From contig CAXHJY010001390.1 of assembly GCA_964016885.1 (NCBI GenBank), positions 87,786-151,785 of the forward strand: 64,000 nt of DNA, read 5' to 3'. Below the pieces are notes generated by a model. That model saw only the letters and a list, made by a program, of their open reading frames with translations, did not search any database and was not told where the DNA came from. Position 1 is the first letter of the stretch. Each line of letters begins with the position of its first letter. This document shows positions 1-21,159 of the stretch, piece after piece. This DNA is from Eledone cirrhosa. Taxonomy: Eukaryota. The position numbers were made by a program, and so were the translations under genes.

Positions 1-1244
1 ATCAAACACCAGAGACACACCCTATACTACATACCCAACACTAGCTGATCCATTATAACACAAACAACGACATCCCTCTGGAACCCTTCGCAGGGAAAAT
101 ACCCATTTATACCTCTACGGCAGGTGTGACAACATCCACCCACTTGGACGGCACCACATCGCTCTAAGGGTAATTTGAGCATGAATTGATCGGTTGGATG
201 GTGTTGGGCAGAGGAAACACCTTCCTTAGACAGATGTAAAATGATTTAATCGAGTAGCGCTGTTGACCAGTAGGACCGGGCTGCTGAGCGCAGTGAGTGA
301 ATGCAATGCAACTGCCGTGCGGGTTGTACGTATATGGATGATCTGACGGTCAGAGAGGGGTCCCGAGGACTGCGGATTGACCTTTGGCCTGCCTGGGGAC
401 GATTATCTTTCGACATCCAATGTAGCAAGCGATGACCCAGATCTTACCAGAGATCATTGGGTCCTGAAGCAATCCTGCAATCACCGCGCCTGGTCATATG
501 AGCAGACTACAACCACAGAGATCATTAATTTAGAATCCTCGCTCATCATCTATAATTTCCATTTGTAGCACCTTAAGATGGGTTAATCCACCTTAATAAT
601 AATATGATCACCTTCAGCATAATTTAGTTAAACTACTCTATAGTTAGTACACTTTATGCTTTAAAAGTCTCTCTTGGAAGGTGCACCTCACCATAGAATT
701 TAGGGTCTATATTGGGACACATTTTAATGGCTAGATATAGAAACCCCAGAGTTACCTCCCCGCATGCATTAACTCCCATTAGCCACACACACACTTCCGG
801 TATTCAATGGCGTTTCTCGAAACGTAACAACCTCCTGTATCGAACTAAAGAACACCAGACTACGATCTCTAACTGGATTGTCGTGGATTATGTGAAAGGC
901 ATATAATCGAAATATACACTCCCTTGACCATGAAAATGCCGAAGTACATGAATTACTTGACATCCCTGCGCTGTGCATCTCCAATACTTATAACACTTTT
1001 AATGCTTGCACTATCTTTAATGCTTATAATATTTCTCCACACACAGACTATATCAATCTTATAAAGACTTTGCCACCAGATCTACCAACCTAACACTCTT
1101 ATTTACCTACCTAAGTGCCTCTACCACACATATCTCTCTGCCACACTATATAAACAAGACACACATGCGTGCCACACATATAACATTTGCACTATATAAC
1201 CACTTATCTTCATGTTGTACTTTAACCTATATCTTTGATTTTTG

Positions 1245-1779
<535 letters not shown>

Positions 1780-4453
1780 CATCATCATCATCATCATCAT
1801 CATTTTACGTCTGCTTTTCCCTGCTTGCAAGGGTGGGACGGGTCTTATTCAGCACAGCATCTCTCCACTCGTCACGGTCCCTCGTCATCTCCACCGTGAG
1901 CTTCAATGATCTGAGGTCTGTTCTCACCACCTCCGCCCATGTTTTTCGTGGTCTACCTCTACCACGTCTTCCTTCAACTGGCATTTCCTGGCACTTTTTC
2001 ACCCATCGGTCATCCTCCATGCGCATCACATGTCCATACCACCTCAGTCTCCTCTCCCGTACACTACATTCTATCCCTCTCAGACACAGTTTCTCTCTCA
2101 ACACATTTATGCTGGGTCGTTCACGCACATTTACACTGCACATCCAACGGAGCATGCTTGCCTCATTTCTCTCCAGCCGTCGCATATCTTCTGCGGTTGC
2201 TGCCCATGTCTCACTACCATGCAGCATCGCGCTCCTCACACAGGCATCATACAACCGGCCTTTTGTACGCAGAGACAAACCCTTCTTCGTCAACAGAGGA
2301 AGCAGCTCTCTAAACTTCTTCCAATCCGTCCTTATTCTAGATACTATGGCCTCGGAACACCCTCCTCCCATGCTAATCTGATCTCCTAGGTACCGGAAGC
2401 TATCCACCACTTCTATAGCGCCCTCTCGCATTTGAAAAATGTGTCTATCAGTGCGACTTCTACTGTCTAATTTCCCTGTACATCTACTGCATACATATTT
2501 CTCCCTACCTGTTAGTTTGCCTGCTATCCCGCTACATCTCTTGTGTACCCAGGACCTACATTGTGTGCATTTTATAGAATTTATGACAGTTCCTTTTCTG
2601 CATATCGAACATGGCCATTTCCCTGACGGAATCAGGGGTTTGTCCTCTTTTCTACTCATCAACACTTTTGTCTTAGCTAGATTTACTCTCAGTCCTCTTG
2701 CTTCCAACTGCTGTTTCCATAGCCGGAATTTATTCTCTAGGTCCTCTACTGATTCTGCCATAAGAGCCAGATCGTCAACATAGAGAAGTTCCCATGGACA
2801 GCCAGTCTTAAACTCCTCTGTTATGGCTTGGAGGACTATAATGAACAAGAGCGGGCTGGGGACCGAACCCTGATGTACTCCTACTTGTATCTGGAATTCC
2901 TCACTAAACTCCATTCCTACCCTGACTTTACTGAGAGTACCTCTGTACAAAGTTTGCACTGTCCTTACAAGCCATTCCTCAACACCTAGCTTCCTTAGGG
3001 ACCACCAGATGACAGATCGGGGTACCCTATCAAAGGCCTTCTCTAGGTCAACAAAGGCTAAGTATAGTGGCTTATTCTTCTCTAAGAACCTCTCTTGCAT
3101 TTGTCTCACCAAGAAGAGGGCATCTGTTGTACTCTTCCCAGGCACAAAACCAAACTGCATCTCATCTAGTTTGACCCTTTCTCTAATTAGTTGTGCTAAA
3201 ATCCTTTCTGCCACTTTCATAACCTGATCTATCAGTTTTATACCCCTATAATTGCTCCTCTCCAAAGCATCCCCTTTACCTTTGTAGCAATTTATGAGAA
3301 TACTGCTGCACCAGTCTTTGGGTATGACACCACCATATATAGCCTGATTGATTATGCGTGCAACCAGTTTAGTGCCTACGTCCCCTGATGCCTTCAGCAT
3401 CTCAGCAACTATTCCCGATGGTCCGGCCGCCTTACCATTTTTCATTTCCCTAATCGCCTCTTGGACCCTATATTCGTCAATCTCAATAGCTGGTCCCTCT
3501 GTCGGATCTACCAAGGGTAATTTCTCTCTCTCCCATTCGTTCTCCACATTCATCAGTCTCTCATAATGACATTTCCAGGCCTCCTTTTTCTGGTCATTCG
3601 TGACACTAAGTACACCGGCATCATCCCGGACACATTTATCACCAACAACATCCTGATTTGCATTGACACACTGCCTTGCAATGTGGAACACCGCACGCCT
3701 CTGATCTTCCCCTCGCAGAACATTGGCAAACCTCCTACTCTCTGCCTCCCTGCGTGCTAAGTACACCTGACGTCTAGCTTCTCTCTTAGTTGCTGTATAT
3801 TCTTCCCTACTCCCACCCTTTTTCCAAGCCTTCCATGCTAGTCTTTTGTCTCTAATAGCCTTATCTACACTGCTGTTCCACCACCAGGTCACTCTCTGTC
3901 TGGTTGGAGCTCTGCTCCAGCCACAGGTTTCATCAGTAGCCTTCAGCAAGTTGTCACGTAAGAACTTCCAGTTATTATCTATGTCATACGTCTCTAAATC
4001 GTCTTCTTTTTCGTCATATACATCTTGAAGGGCTTTCCTAAATTTGAATTTTAGTGAAAGGTCTTTTAGCTTCCAGACCTTTCTTCTCCACACCTTCCTA
4101 TATGTCTCATTCCATCTCTTGCTTACTGAGATATCACTAACAACTAACCTATGCTGTGGGGTACATTCTTCCCCAGGGTATGCCTTGGTATTAGACACTA
4201 TCTGCCTGTCCCGCTGCCTAACTAGCAGGAAGTCAATCTGGCTTATGTGCTCACCAGATTTGTAGGTTATTAGGTGATTGGCAGGTTTCTGGAAGTTTGT
4301 GTTGCAAATAGTCAATGTACTTGCATCACAAAATTCAAGAAGTCTCACTCCTTCTTCATTTCTTGAACCGTAACCGTACCCACCATGTACCCCAGTGTAA
4401 CCATCCTGGAGCTGTCCAACATGACCATTGAAGTCTCCTGCTAGCATAACGAT
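1780..4453 (-). mobile_element. RTE-clade LINE (family RTE-1), 5'-truncated, (GAT)n tail, flanked by (TA)n
   Basis: APE motifs AGDFNGHVG and SQIDFLL, RT motifs, and RTE C-terminus [10 protein letters not shown]...[10 protein letters not shown]; (CAT)n on + at 1780-1803. Confidence 0.93.
1805..4453 (-). CDS. Partial APE endonuclease + reverse transcriptase of RTE LINE with PHD-like Cys-rich insert (open frame of ~880 codons)
   Basis: [31 protein letters not shown]; WPCSIC..CTQC..WVHKRC..CSRC. The IY-rich N-terminus of the listed ORF is only (TA)n read-through. Confidence 0.9.
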   Translation of the reverse strand: MVMLAGDFNGHVGQLQDGYTGVHGGYGYGSRNEEGVRLLEFCDASTLTICNTNFQKPANHLITYKSGEHISQIDFLLVRQRDRQIVSNTKAYPGEECTPQHRLVVSDISVSKRWNETYRKVWRRKVWKLKDLSLKFKFRKALQDVYDEKEDDLETYDIDNNWKFLRDNLLKATDETCGWSRAPTRQRVTWWWNSSVDKAIRDKRLAWKAWKKGGSREEYTATKREARRQVYLARREAESRRFANVLRGEDQRRAVFHIARQCVNANQDVVGDKCVRDDAGVLSVTNDQKKEAWKCHYERLMNVENEWEREKLPLVDPTEGPAIEIDEYRVQEAIREMKNGKAAGPSGIVAEMLKASGDVGTKLVARIINQAIYGGVIPKDWCSSILINCYKGKGDALERSNYRGIKLIDQVMKVAERILAQLIRERVKLDEMQFGFVPGKSTTDALFLVRQMQERFLEKNKPLYLAFVDLEKAFDRVPRSVIWWSLRKLGVEEWLVRTVQTLYRGTLSKVRVGMEFSEEFQIQVGVHQGSVPSPLLFIIVLQAITEEFKTGCPWELLYVDDLALMAESVEDLENKFRLWKQQLEARGLRVNLAKTKVLMSRKEDKPLIPSGKWPCSICRKGTVINSIKCTQCRSWVHKRCSGIAGKLTGREKYVCSRCTGKLDSRSRTDRHIFQMREGAIEVVDSFRYLGDQISMGGGCSEAIVSRIRTDWKKFRELLPLLTKKGLSLRTKGRLYDACVRSAMLHGSETWAATAEDMRRLERNEASMLRWMCSVNVRERPSINVLREKLCLRGIECSVRERRLRWYGHVMRMEDDRWVKKCQEMPVEGRRGRGRPRKTWAEVVRTDLRSLKLTVEMTRDRDEWRDAVLNKTRPTLASREKQT

Positions 4454-4820
<367 letters not shown>

Positions 4821-5175
4821 TCATCATCATCATCATCATCAACGTTTAACGTCCGTGTTCCACGCTTGCATGGGTTTGGACGGGGGTAGTCCCACTTGAG
4901 GCAAGAGTGATTGTCTTGCTCGCATAGGACTGTCTGGCAGGTTTTCTACAGTTGGATGCCCTTCCTAACACCAACCACATTTACAGTGTGGGTCTGGAAG
5001 GTTTTTACCGTGTTGCCTACACGGCCACATTACAGCGTGGACTGTGTGTTTTTTTGTCGTGACACCTACACGATCTCATTTGTTTCGGCCTGGATGGCGC
5101 GGCACCAACATAACTTTACATAGAACGGGGTGGTGTGGATGGGGTGGGGGTGGTGGCGGGACGGGGTGTATTTTG

Positions 5176-8100
5176 TTAGAGATGCCTACTGGCAAGGCGG
5201 GTCTTCTCTGTTACTGAGTACCGCCAAAGGTCTCGGTCCAGTGACATTGTCTTGGAGAGGTGTAAGTGTGTGAGGTCGGAGTTTATCAGCTCATCCCAGG
5301 TTTTTCTAGGTCTGCCTATTCCGTGGCTACCGTCTATCTTTATTGCCCTGCACTTTGTTATACAGCTATCGACTTTCATGCGCATCACGTGTCCATACCA
5401 ACGCAGCCTTCTCTCGAGTAAACAACATCTGATCCCTCTTATCTCTTATTTTTTCCTTAGTTTGTTTATGCTTTGCCGTTCACGTATATTACTGTTACAC
5501 ATCCAGCGGAGCATGCAAGCTTCGTTCCTCTCTAGTCTGCGTATATCCTCTGCACACAATGCTCAGGTCTCACTACCATGCAACATTGCTGTTCGTATGC
5601 AGGCATCGTACAACCTGCCTTTCATTTTTAGGGAGAACCCTTTAGCAGCTAATAGTGGTATAAGCTCTCTGAACTTTTTCCAACCAGTTCTGACTCTAGC
5701 TACAGTACTTTCAGAGCACCCTCCCCCACTGCTAATTTTATCGCCCAGGTAACAGAAGCTGTCCACTATTTCTATAGAACCCTCTGCGCAATTGAAAGAG
5801 CTAGTATTTTGTGGGCACTTGCTGCTACTTATTGCAGCAGAACACCGGCCACATGTAAAATCTATGTTCTTAGTTAGCTTACCTGTGATCCCACTACATC
5901 TTTTATGCACCCATACTTTGCATTTAGGACATAAAATGGAGTTTCTACCTACGCCTTTCCTACACACCGAGCACGACCATTTCCCAGAAGGGACCGCCGC
6001 CTTGTTTTCTTTCCTACAAACTAGAACTTTGGTCTTAGCCAGGTTAATTTTAAGTCCTTTTGACTCTAGGCCGTGCTTCCATGTTTGGAATTTCTTATCT
6101 AGCTCGGCCATTGATTCCGCTATGAGTGTCAGGTCGTCTGCGTATAGGAGTTCCCATGGGCAGCCTGTCTTGAACTCCTCTGTTATAGCCTGAAGGGCAA
6201 TAATAAATAGTAGGGGGCTGAGAACAGAGCCCTGATGGACGCCAACTTTTACGCTAAACTCTTCACTATATTCGTTGTTAATTCTAACCTTGCTGACTGT
6301 TTCTTTATACATGGCTTGTATAGCCCTCACAAGCCATTCGTCAACGCCTAGTTTTCTAAGAGCCCACCAGATAATGGAGCGGGGGACTCTGTCGAAGGCT
6401 TTCTCCAGGTCGACAAAAGCTAAGTAGAGGGGTTTACCTTTAGCTAGGTACTTCTCCTGTAGTTGTCGTACTATGAAAAGAGCGTCTGTGGTACTTTTGC
6501 CTGACACAAACCCGAACTGCATTTCATCTAGGTCAATTCGCTCTCTGATTAGTTGCGCTATTACTTTTTCCGTGACCTTCATGACCTGGTCGATTAATTT
6601 AATGCCTCTATAGTTACTCCTATCTAGGGCGTCTCCTTTACCCTTATAACAGTTAACGATGATGCTGCTATGCCAGTCCTTCGGAACAACCCCATTCTGT
6701 ACGACTTGGTTAACTATGCGGGTGACCATGGTGTGTCCCACCGTGCCAGATGCCTTCAGCATCTCAGCAACTATTTCCGAAGGCCCAGCCGCCTTACCCG
6801 TCTTCATATCCTTGATTGCCTTACTTATTATACTCCCCTCGACTAACACTGCTGGTCCCTCTATTGTGTCGATATGGGGGAGACTGTCTTTCTCCCATTT
6901 ATTCTCCTCATTTAGTTGTTTCTACTATTAGCACAAGGCCAGAAATTACCCAGTGCATTACTGGTACTTTATTTTATCGACCCCGTAAGGATGAAAGGCA
7001 AAGTTAACCTCGGCTGGATTTGAACTCAGATCGTAAAGGGACGTAACTATGCTGGAAAGCATGACGTCCGACCCTCTACCGATACTGCCAATCCACCTTT
7101 CATAGTGACACTTCCAAGCTACCTTCTTATCAGTGTCGGTGATGGCAAGTATGCCATCATCGTTAAGTACACACTTCTCCCCGACAATATCACGGTTTTC
7201 CTTGACGCATTGCCTAGCAATCCTGAACACCTCACGTTTTTGGTCATCGCGTTGTAGAACATGCTTGAACTTTCTTTCCTCAGCTTCCCTTCTTGCTAAG
7301 TACACTTCTCTCCTAGCTTCCCTCCTGGCCACTTGATAGTCTACTCTACTTCCCCCCATCCCGCCATACTTTCCAAGCCTGCTTTTTGGCCTTAATTGAC
7401 CCCTCCACCCTACTGTTCCACCACCATGTTACTCTCCTCCTGCCTACAGGCCTGCTCCAACCACAGACTTTGTCTGTCGCCAACAGCAGGTTTGCTTTCA
7501 GAAATTCCCACTGTCCCTCTATATTGTCCGATTCTAGATGCTCTTCCTTACTGTCGAAAGCATCAAGTAATATGCTTTGAAATTTATTTCTGGCTGTGGG
7601 GTCCTTTAGTTTCAATATTTTCCTCCTGAGGATAGTCCTCTTCTGCTGTCGAGTACGTCTCGTCCTGACTATGAGGTCGCTAATTATCAGTCTATGTTGG
7701 GAGGTGCATTCTTCATGGGGGAGGGATTTAGTGTTTACAACAGACACTCTGTCACGTCTTCTGGTAAGGATATAATCTACCTGGCTTGTGTGTTCCCCGG
7801 ATCTATAGGTGGTCAGGTGATTGTCACGTTTTTTGAAGTTAGTGTTACAGATAGTTAGGTTATTTGCATCACAGAATTCCAGGATTCTGGAGCCTTCCTC
7901 ATTTCTAGTACCAAACCCATAGCCTCCATGGATTTCGTCGTAGCCGTCACAATGTTGTCCAACGTGACCATTTAGGTCGCCTGCAATAATTATATAGTCA
8001 CTGTCAGATATTTGGGAGGTAGTTAGCAACAGTGTCTCATAGAATCTGTCTTTTATAGTGCCGGGCAGTCCGGATTGGGGTGCGTACGCAGATATTACTG

Positions 8101-8535
8101 TCACCGTAGTTCTATTGAGGACAAGTCGTATTTTAATTATTCTGTCGTTCACTCTATTTACGTCTATTATCTTATCTGCCCACTTTTCTGCTACCATGAT
8201 TCCTACTCCACCCAGCCCATCGTCGTCTCCCACCCAGAAAAGCTTATAACATCGTTTTTTACCCTCAATGAATCTAGCAGACCCACCCCTCCACCTGGTC
8301 TCTTGAATACAACAAACATCGACCTCCTTACGTTCAAGCATTTCTACAACCTCGTTAGCGCGACCCTTTAGGGTGCCTACATTTATGGTACCAACTCTGA
8401 AGTTTTGGGTTGCGTTTGGAGGGTGGGGGTGGTGGGGGCGGGGGGAGATAGGGTTATGTTAGCCATCCGCGGACGAAACAAAGAGGAGTGCTCGCATTCT
8501 CGTCCACGAGGTGAATTTGACTTTAACTTTGGCAT
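5176..8535 (-). pseudogene. Disrupted RTE ORF (APE + RT + PHD-like)
   Basis: ORF pieces 7346-8341 (CCIQETRW, SAYAPQ, GDLNGHVG, QVDYIL), 6958-7359, 5563-6849 (LLYADD) and 5176-5388. There is a TGG>TGA stop at 5563, frameshifts, and a SINE at 6915. Confidence 0.9.
6915..7097 (-). mobile_element. tRNA-derived SINE (family S2, Meta/MESC-like body) inserted in RTE-2A
   Basis: A-box TGGCAGTATCGG, B-box GAGTTCAAATCC and body GCCTTTCATCCTTACGGGGTCGATAAAAT. Absent from the homologous site of RTE-2B (~45630). Confidence 0.85.
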
Positions 8536-8653
8536 TTTCGCTCTGAGCGTCCAGAATTTTCTCTCCCTTCCACTCTCCAGGATTCCGCAGTCCGTCCATC
8601 CATCCATCCATCCATCATATATCGAAGGCAACCGCGCAAGCGATAGTATAGGC

Positions 8654-8765
8654 CTCTGGCTTATGATTGGTCCGCGTAATAATAATAATGGTGATGCGTG
8701 GGGGGGGCTCTGGCTTATAATAATAATGGTGATGCGTGGGGGGGGGCTCTGGCTTATGATTGGTC
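8654..8765 (-). promoter_or_regulatory. Candidate RTE internal promoter: repeated CCAAT box (GGACCAATCATAAG)
   Basis: Two CTTATGATTGGTCC copies plus a degenerate middle repeat; the same motif is conserved in RTE-2B at 47153-47166. Confidence 0.4.
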
Positions 8766-8800
8766 CACGTATTAAGGATGGTGGTGGGTGGGAGGAGGGT

Positions 8801-14296
<5,496 letters not shown>

Positions 14297-14394
14297 AAGT
14301 AATTCCATCGGAAAAGTCCAGGAAAAAAGAGTGCTCTATGTATGCAACAGAGCTTAATTATTATTATTATGTAATAAACAACATAAGGCAATTA

Positions 14395-14454
14395 TTCCAT
14401 TTACCAGTGGTTTCTTAAAAGCAAAAGGTTTTGCTTTCAATCCTCAGAATGAAA
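14395..14454 (-). ncRNA. Type I hammerhead ribozyme (GUA)
   Basis: Reverse complement of 20393-20452. Confidence 0.8.
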
Positions 14455-14653
14455 AATCCTGGTTTGTTTATTGAATCTGGATTCTAAAAACAAAAATGCA
14501 ATCTATATTAAAGTGAGGCTGGAAAAGGGAGAAGGAAAGGAAAAATAAAATAAAACTACACATGCAAACACACACATAAAAACACAAAAGCATACTAACA
14601 CACACATACATATATACACATACATATAAATGTACGCATACACATATACACAT

Positions 14654-14701
<48 letters not shown>

Positions 14702-14846
14702 AGCGTACACCTACACACACATACACATATATACACACATATACACATACATATAGTCATACATACACACACACACACACACATATATACACACATACAC
14801 ACACACACACATACACACACACATATATATACACATGTACATATCC

Positions 14847-14944
<98 letters not shown>

Positions 14945-15330
14945 GTGTGTACAAGCATACACATACACACACACATATATATATACACACACATATACAT
15001 ACATTCACAGAAACATACAACGTACATACATACACATACATGAATGCACTCCACTACATATTAACACACGCAAATAAATAGAAGAAAAAAATATATAAAT
15101 ATATATTAACAACATTTTTGACAGCGATACATGCCCCAGCTAACAGGACAGACACGCGTGGTAAGTAATACACACATAAGCACATATACATACGTTCGAA
15201 ATAGTAAACACATACACACACTCTCACACATAAATATACATATACAAATACATAAACACGTACATACACATACATACACAAACACGTACACGTATACAAT
15301 ATAAACACACACATATATATGTAATTATAT

Positions 15331-15383
<53 letters not shown>

Positions 15384-15855
15384 CATACATATATATATAT
15401 ATACATACATACGAAAATATAAAAATATAAACGCACACACACATATAAATACGTAAACACACATATACATACATAGCTAAACAATTATACACATGCAAAT
15501 ACGTATATATCAAAAGAACGCACAACCAAATACAAACACACACACATATACACACACACACACACCCACACACAAACCCACGCATACATAAAAATGAATA
15601 AATACACACGCACACATATACATACATACACATACATATACATATATACATATATACATATACATACATATATATACACATATATATATAAATATACATA
15701 TATACACACATACACGTACACATACACACATGCATACACATACACACACACATATACATGTGTGTATGTGTAAAGCTCAGTATTAGATAAGACAAATGAA
15801 CCTTACACAAACGTATATATAGTAGTAAAGTAATAAAGCCATACAAGGCAATTAA

Positions 15856-15913
15856 TCCATTCACCAGAGGTTTCTTAAAGGCAAAAAAAGTTTCCTTCAA
15901 TCTTCAGAATGAA
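15856..15913 (-). ncRNA. Hammerhead-like motif with GUG triplet
   Basis: Inverted counterpart of 18897-18955. Confidence 0.6.
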
Positions 15914-16324
15914 AAAAAGGCCTGGTTTATCCACATATACATACATATACACACACAAATATACAAATATATACACACATACAGACACGCATACACACAT
16001 ATATATATATACATATACATATATATACAGACATATATACATATATATATATATATACATACACATACATATACATACATACATACACATACATATACAT
16101 ACACAAACATATACGTACACATATACATATATACACACAAAAATACATACACATACACATAGGTATGTGAAGGGCAAAACAAAAAGAATATATGGGGGGG
16201 GCTAAGAGGAGGTAAAAATATAAGGGGAGGTGAGGGAGAAAAAAAAAATTTAAATATACAAGAGTACAGAAGGTAGAAGCAGCAAAATAAAAACCGTAGC
16301 AAAAGTAAAGAGCAGAGAAGGAGT

Positions 16325-18003
16325 TCAAGGCGGTTGATTTATCGTAGGAGTGTCAATCCAGTTACAGATCAGATGCGATTTCAGATGAGGACAGCATCTG
16401 AAGATCTCAGTCTTAGAGTTAAGGCAAGCGGAAGTGTCTCTCAAGTTTAGCAAAATCCTATACTTTTCTGTGGTACACAAAGAACAATTCTTTGTGCCCC
16501 TTTGGTACTCCCTCGAATGGTCTAATATAGACCAATCAATAGAGTACGGGATATTACTATCCTTGAGATCCCATACCTTACTTGCGAGGGCCGTTGATGT
16601 TCGTTTATCTGAGTGTTTAAAAGAAGCGACATGTGAGTAAAATCTGGTTTTAAACCTGTCCTGGGTCATACCGACATATCGCTCGCTTCTGGCTGGCTGG
16701 TTGTTGATAACTGGCGTTATTTTAGCCTCATAAACGACAGATTTTGTGTTACATTTACCCTGCAATGGGCATTCATCCGGCTTCCTGCAACTGCATCCTG
16801 GATTTATCCTCGTACGGTTTGAACTGGTGATTTTGGACTTCATGGATGGGCAACAAGAGTAGCTGATCTTAACTACATTCCTATTAAAAATCTTATAATA
16901 TCTATGAATAGGAGGAAAATGTTTGTCTAATAGTTCAAGGAATTTCCTTCCTACATTAGTTTTGACATTTAGAGAGAAGGGGGGTGTGAACCAAATAATC
17001 TTCCTTTTCCTGTTATTATGGTTAGTTTTAGGGGGGGGGAGTAGGTAAATAAGAAATATTTTCTGTAAAACCGCTGTTCTTAAGGGCTTTATTATAATAA
17101 GGGGCGGCTTTATTAAAAATGTCTATAGACGAAGATAAGGTAGAAATCCTACGGCTAATGTTAGGAATAAGATTATTAAAAACTATAGGGGGATGGCAAG
17201 ACTCTTTGTGTATATACCTAAGATTTTCATTAGGTTTATAATAGGGTTTAAAAGAGGCAGTAAGTAGATCAAGATTAATATCAAGAAAGTTAGCATTAGT
17301 AAGGTTCGTATCTATAGTAATTTTAAGGTTAAGATTAGCAAAAGTACTAATTAAATCTTTACGGAATTTATCAAGATTATGGCCATTGGTGGTATGAGAA
17401 ACTGCTAATCCGTCATCACGGTATAAACCGATATTATGGGACGGAAATTTCTCTTTGAGTGTGTGGAGAATGAATAATCCTACTAAGTCGCACACATCCG
17501 CACTGTCATAAGAACCCATTGCAACATCGAAAGAGTTTTCAGGGTTTGACTTTTTAACCCAAATATTATCATTAGTAAAAAGTAAAGTTTTTCTACCATG
17601 AAAGATAATGTCCTCTTCTAATTTGGAGATATTAATGAAGGGTCTTGCAAAATCTAAGGCTTTAGTTAATAAGGAAACAGTAATAGAAGGGTAAAAATCG
17701 ACAATATCAAACTGGGTAAATCTAAACTTATTTTTACCTTGTATATTATTGAACCAAGAAATAACAGAGGAAGTATTTAGCCACTGTGAAAGGACAGTGT
17801 TAGTTCTAATTTGGAGAATTATTTTTCTTAAGATTTTCTTACTAGCAAGGCCAACCTCGGATTTAGCCGGGTTAATCAGTCTACAACTAGGTCGATTAGT
17901 AAAGTCCAATTTATGGTCTTTAAGGGTAATATATGCTTTACGCTTAGCTAAGCTTTCAATCCGGTTATCTATTTGTAAAGAACTAGCTAGTTCTTTAGCT
18001 TCT
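16325..18003 (-). pseudogene. PLE reverse transcriptase + GIY-YIG endonuclease, 5'-truncated, one frameshift in a G9 run at ~17031
   Basis: LKDHK, FDIVDFYPS, AMGSYDSADVCDLVG, LYRDDGL, FLDI. After the shift: RKIIWFTPPF..CSCRKPDECPLQGKC..VVYEA..YVGMT..FKTRFYSH..CSLCTTEK. Confidence 0.9.
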
Positions 18004-18004
18004 T

Positions 18005-18481
18005 CCAGGATGCAGTTGCAGGAAGCCGGATGAATGCCCATTGCAGGGTAAATGTAACACAAAATCTGTCGTTTATGAGGCTAAAATAACGCCTGTTATC
18101 AACAACCAGCCAGCCAGAAGCGAGCGATATGTCGGTATGACCCAGGACAGGTTTAAAACCAGATTTTACTCACATGTCGCTTCTTTTAAACACTCAGATA
18201 AACGAACATCAACGGCCCTCGCAAGTAAGGTATGGGATCTCAAGGATAGTAATATCCCGTACTCTATTGATTGGTCTATATTAGACCATTCGAGGGAGTA
18301 CCAAAGGGGCACAAAGAATTGTTCTTTGTGTACCACAGAAAAGTATAGGATTTTGCTAAACTTGAGAGACACTTCCGCTTGCCTTAACTCTAAGACTGAG
18401 ATCTTCAGATGCTGTCCTCATCTGAAATCGCATCTGATCTGTAACTGGATTGACACTCCTACGATAAATCAACCGCCTTGA
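18005..18481 (+). pseudogene. Inverted duplicate of the PLE GIY-YIG domain
   Basis: The translated protein is identical to the C-terminal part of 16325-16843; the arm starts at PGCSCRKPDEC. Confidence 0.88.
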
Positions 18482-18896
18482 ACTCCTTCTCTGCTCTTTA
18501 CTTTTGCTACGGTTTTTATTTTGCTGCTTCTACCTTCTGTACTCTTGTATATTTAAAATTTTTTTTTTTTTCTCCCTCACCTCCCCTTATATTTTTACCT
18601 CCTCTTAGCCCCCCCCCCATATATTCTTTTTGTTTTGCTCTTCACATACCTATGTGTATGTGTATGTATTTTTGTGTGTGTATATGTATATGTGTACGTA
18701 TATGTTTGTGTATGTATATGTATGTGTATGTATGTATGTATATGTATGTGTATGTATATATATATATATGTATATATGTCTGTATATATATGTATATGTA
18801 TATATATATATGTGTGTATGCGTGTCTGTATGTGTGTATATATTTGTATATTTGTGTGTGTATATGTATGTATATGTGGATAAACCAGGCCTTTTT

Positions 18897-18955
18897 TTCA
18901 TTCTGAAGATTGAAGGAAACTATTTTTTGCTTTTAAGAAACCTCTGGTGAATGGA
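18897..18955 (+). ncRNA. Hammerhead-like motif with non-canonical GUG triplet
   Basis: ttcatt-CTGAAGA-ttgaagg..cttttaa-GAA-ACC(tct)GGT-G-aatgga. Confidence 0.6.
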
Positions 18956-19425
18956 TTAATTGCCTTGTATGGCTTTATTACTTTACTACTATATATACGT
19001 TTGTGTAAGGTTCATTTGTCTTATCTAATACTGAGCTTTACACATACACACATGTATATGTGTGTGTGTATGTGTATGCATGTGTGTATGTGTACGTGTA
19101 TGTGTGTATATATGTATATTTATATATATATGTGTATATATATGTATGTATATTTATATATGTATATATGTATATGTATGTGTATGTATGTATATGTGTG
19201 CGTATGTATTTATTTATTTTTATGTATGCGTGGGTTTGTGTGTGGGTGTGTGTGTGTGTGTATATGTGTGTGTGTTTGTATTTGGTTGTGCGTTCTTTTG
19301 ATATATACGTATTTGCATGTGTATAATTGTTTAGCTATGTATGTATATGTGTGTTTACGTATTTATATGTGTGTGTGCGTTTATATTTTTATATTTTCGT
19401 ATGTATGTATATATATATATGTATG

Positions 19426-19482
<57 letters not shown>

Positions 19483-19869
19483 ATATAATTACATATACAT
19501 GTGTGTGTTTATATTGTATACGTGTACGTGTTTGTGTATGTATGTGTATGTACGTGTTTATGTATTTGTATATGTATATTTATGTGTGAGAGTGTGTGTA
19601 TGTGTTTACTATTTCGAACGTATGTATATGTGCTTATGTGTGTATTACTTACCACGCGTGTCTGTCCTGTTAGCTGGGGCATGTATCGCTGTCAAAAATT
19701 TTGTTAATATATATTTATATATTTTTTTCTTATATTTATTTGCGTGTGTTAATATGTAGTGGAGTGCATTCATGTATGTGTATGTATGTACGTTGTATGT
19801 TTGTGTGAATGTATGTATATGTGTGTGTATATATATGTGTGCCTGTATGTGTATGCTTGTACACACACA

Positions 19870-19990
<121 letters not shown>

Positions 19991-20029
19991 GGATATGTAC
20001 ATGTGTATATATATGTGTGTGTGTATGTG

Positions 20030-20068
<39 letters not shown>

Positions 20069-20131
20069 ATGTATGACTATATGTATGTGTATATGTGTGT
20101 ATATATGTGTATGTGTGTGTAGGTGTACGCT

Positions 20132-20193
<62 letters not shown>

Positions 20194-20392
20194 ATGTGTA
20201 TATGTGTATGCGTACATTTATATGTATGTGTATATATGTATGTGTGTGTTAGTATGCTTTTGTGTTTTTTTGTGTGTGTTTGCATGTGTAGTTTTATTTT
20301 ATTTTTCCTTTCCTTCTCCCTTTTCCAGCCTCACTTTCATATAGATTGCATTTTTGTTTTTAGAATCCATATTCAATAAACAAACCAGGATT

Positions 20393-20452
20393 TTTCATTC
20401 TGAGGATTGAAAGCAAAACCTTTTGCTTTTAAGAAACCACTGGTAAATGGAA
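20393..20452 (+). ncRNA. Type I hammerhead ribozyme (GUA)
   Basis: tttcatt-CTGAGGA-ttgaaagcaaaa(cc)ttttgcttttaa-GAA-ACC(act)GGT-A-aatggaa. Confidence 0.8.
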
Positions 20453-20488
20453 TAATTGCCTTATGTTGTTTATTACATAATAATAATA

Positions 20489-21159
<671 letters not shown>

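Noticed and set aside
301-435. Short frame containing YMDDLTV, resembling an RT catalytic motif
   Set aside because: No other RT motifs in frame and stops close on both sides; 1-1240 remains unassigned.
5563-5565. In-frame TGA as possible selenocysteine
   Set aside because: Aligns to Trp (HGSETW) in the paralogous copies; a simple nonsense mutation.
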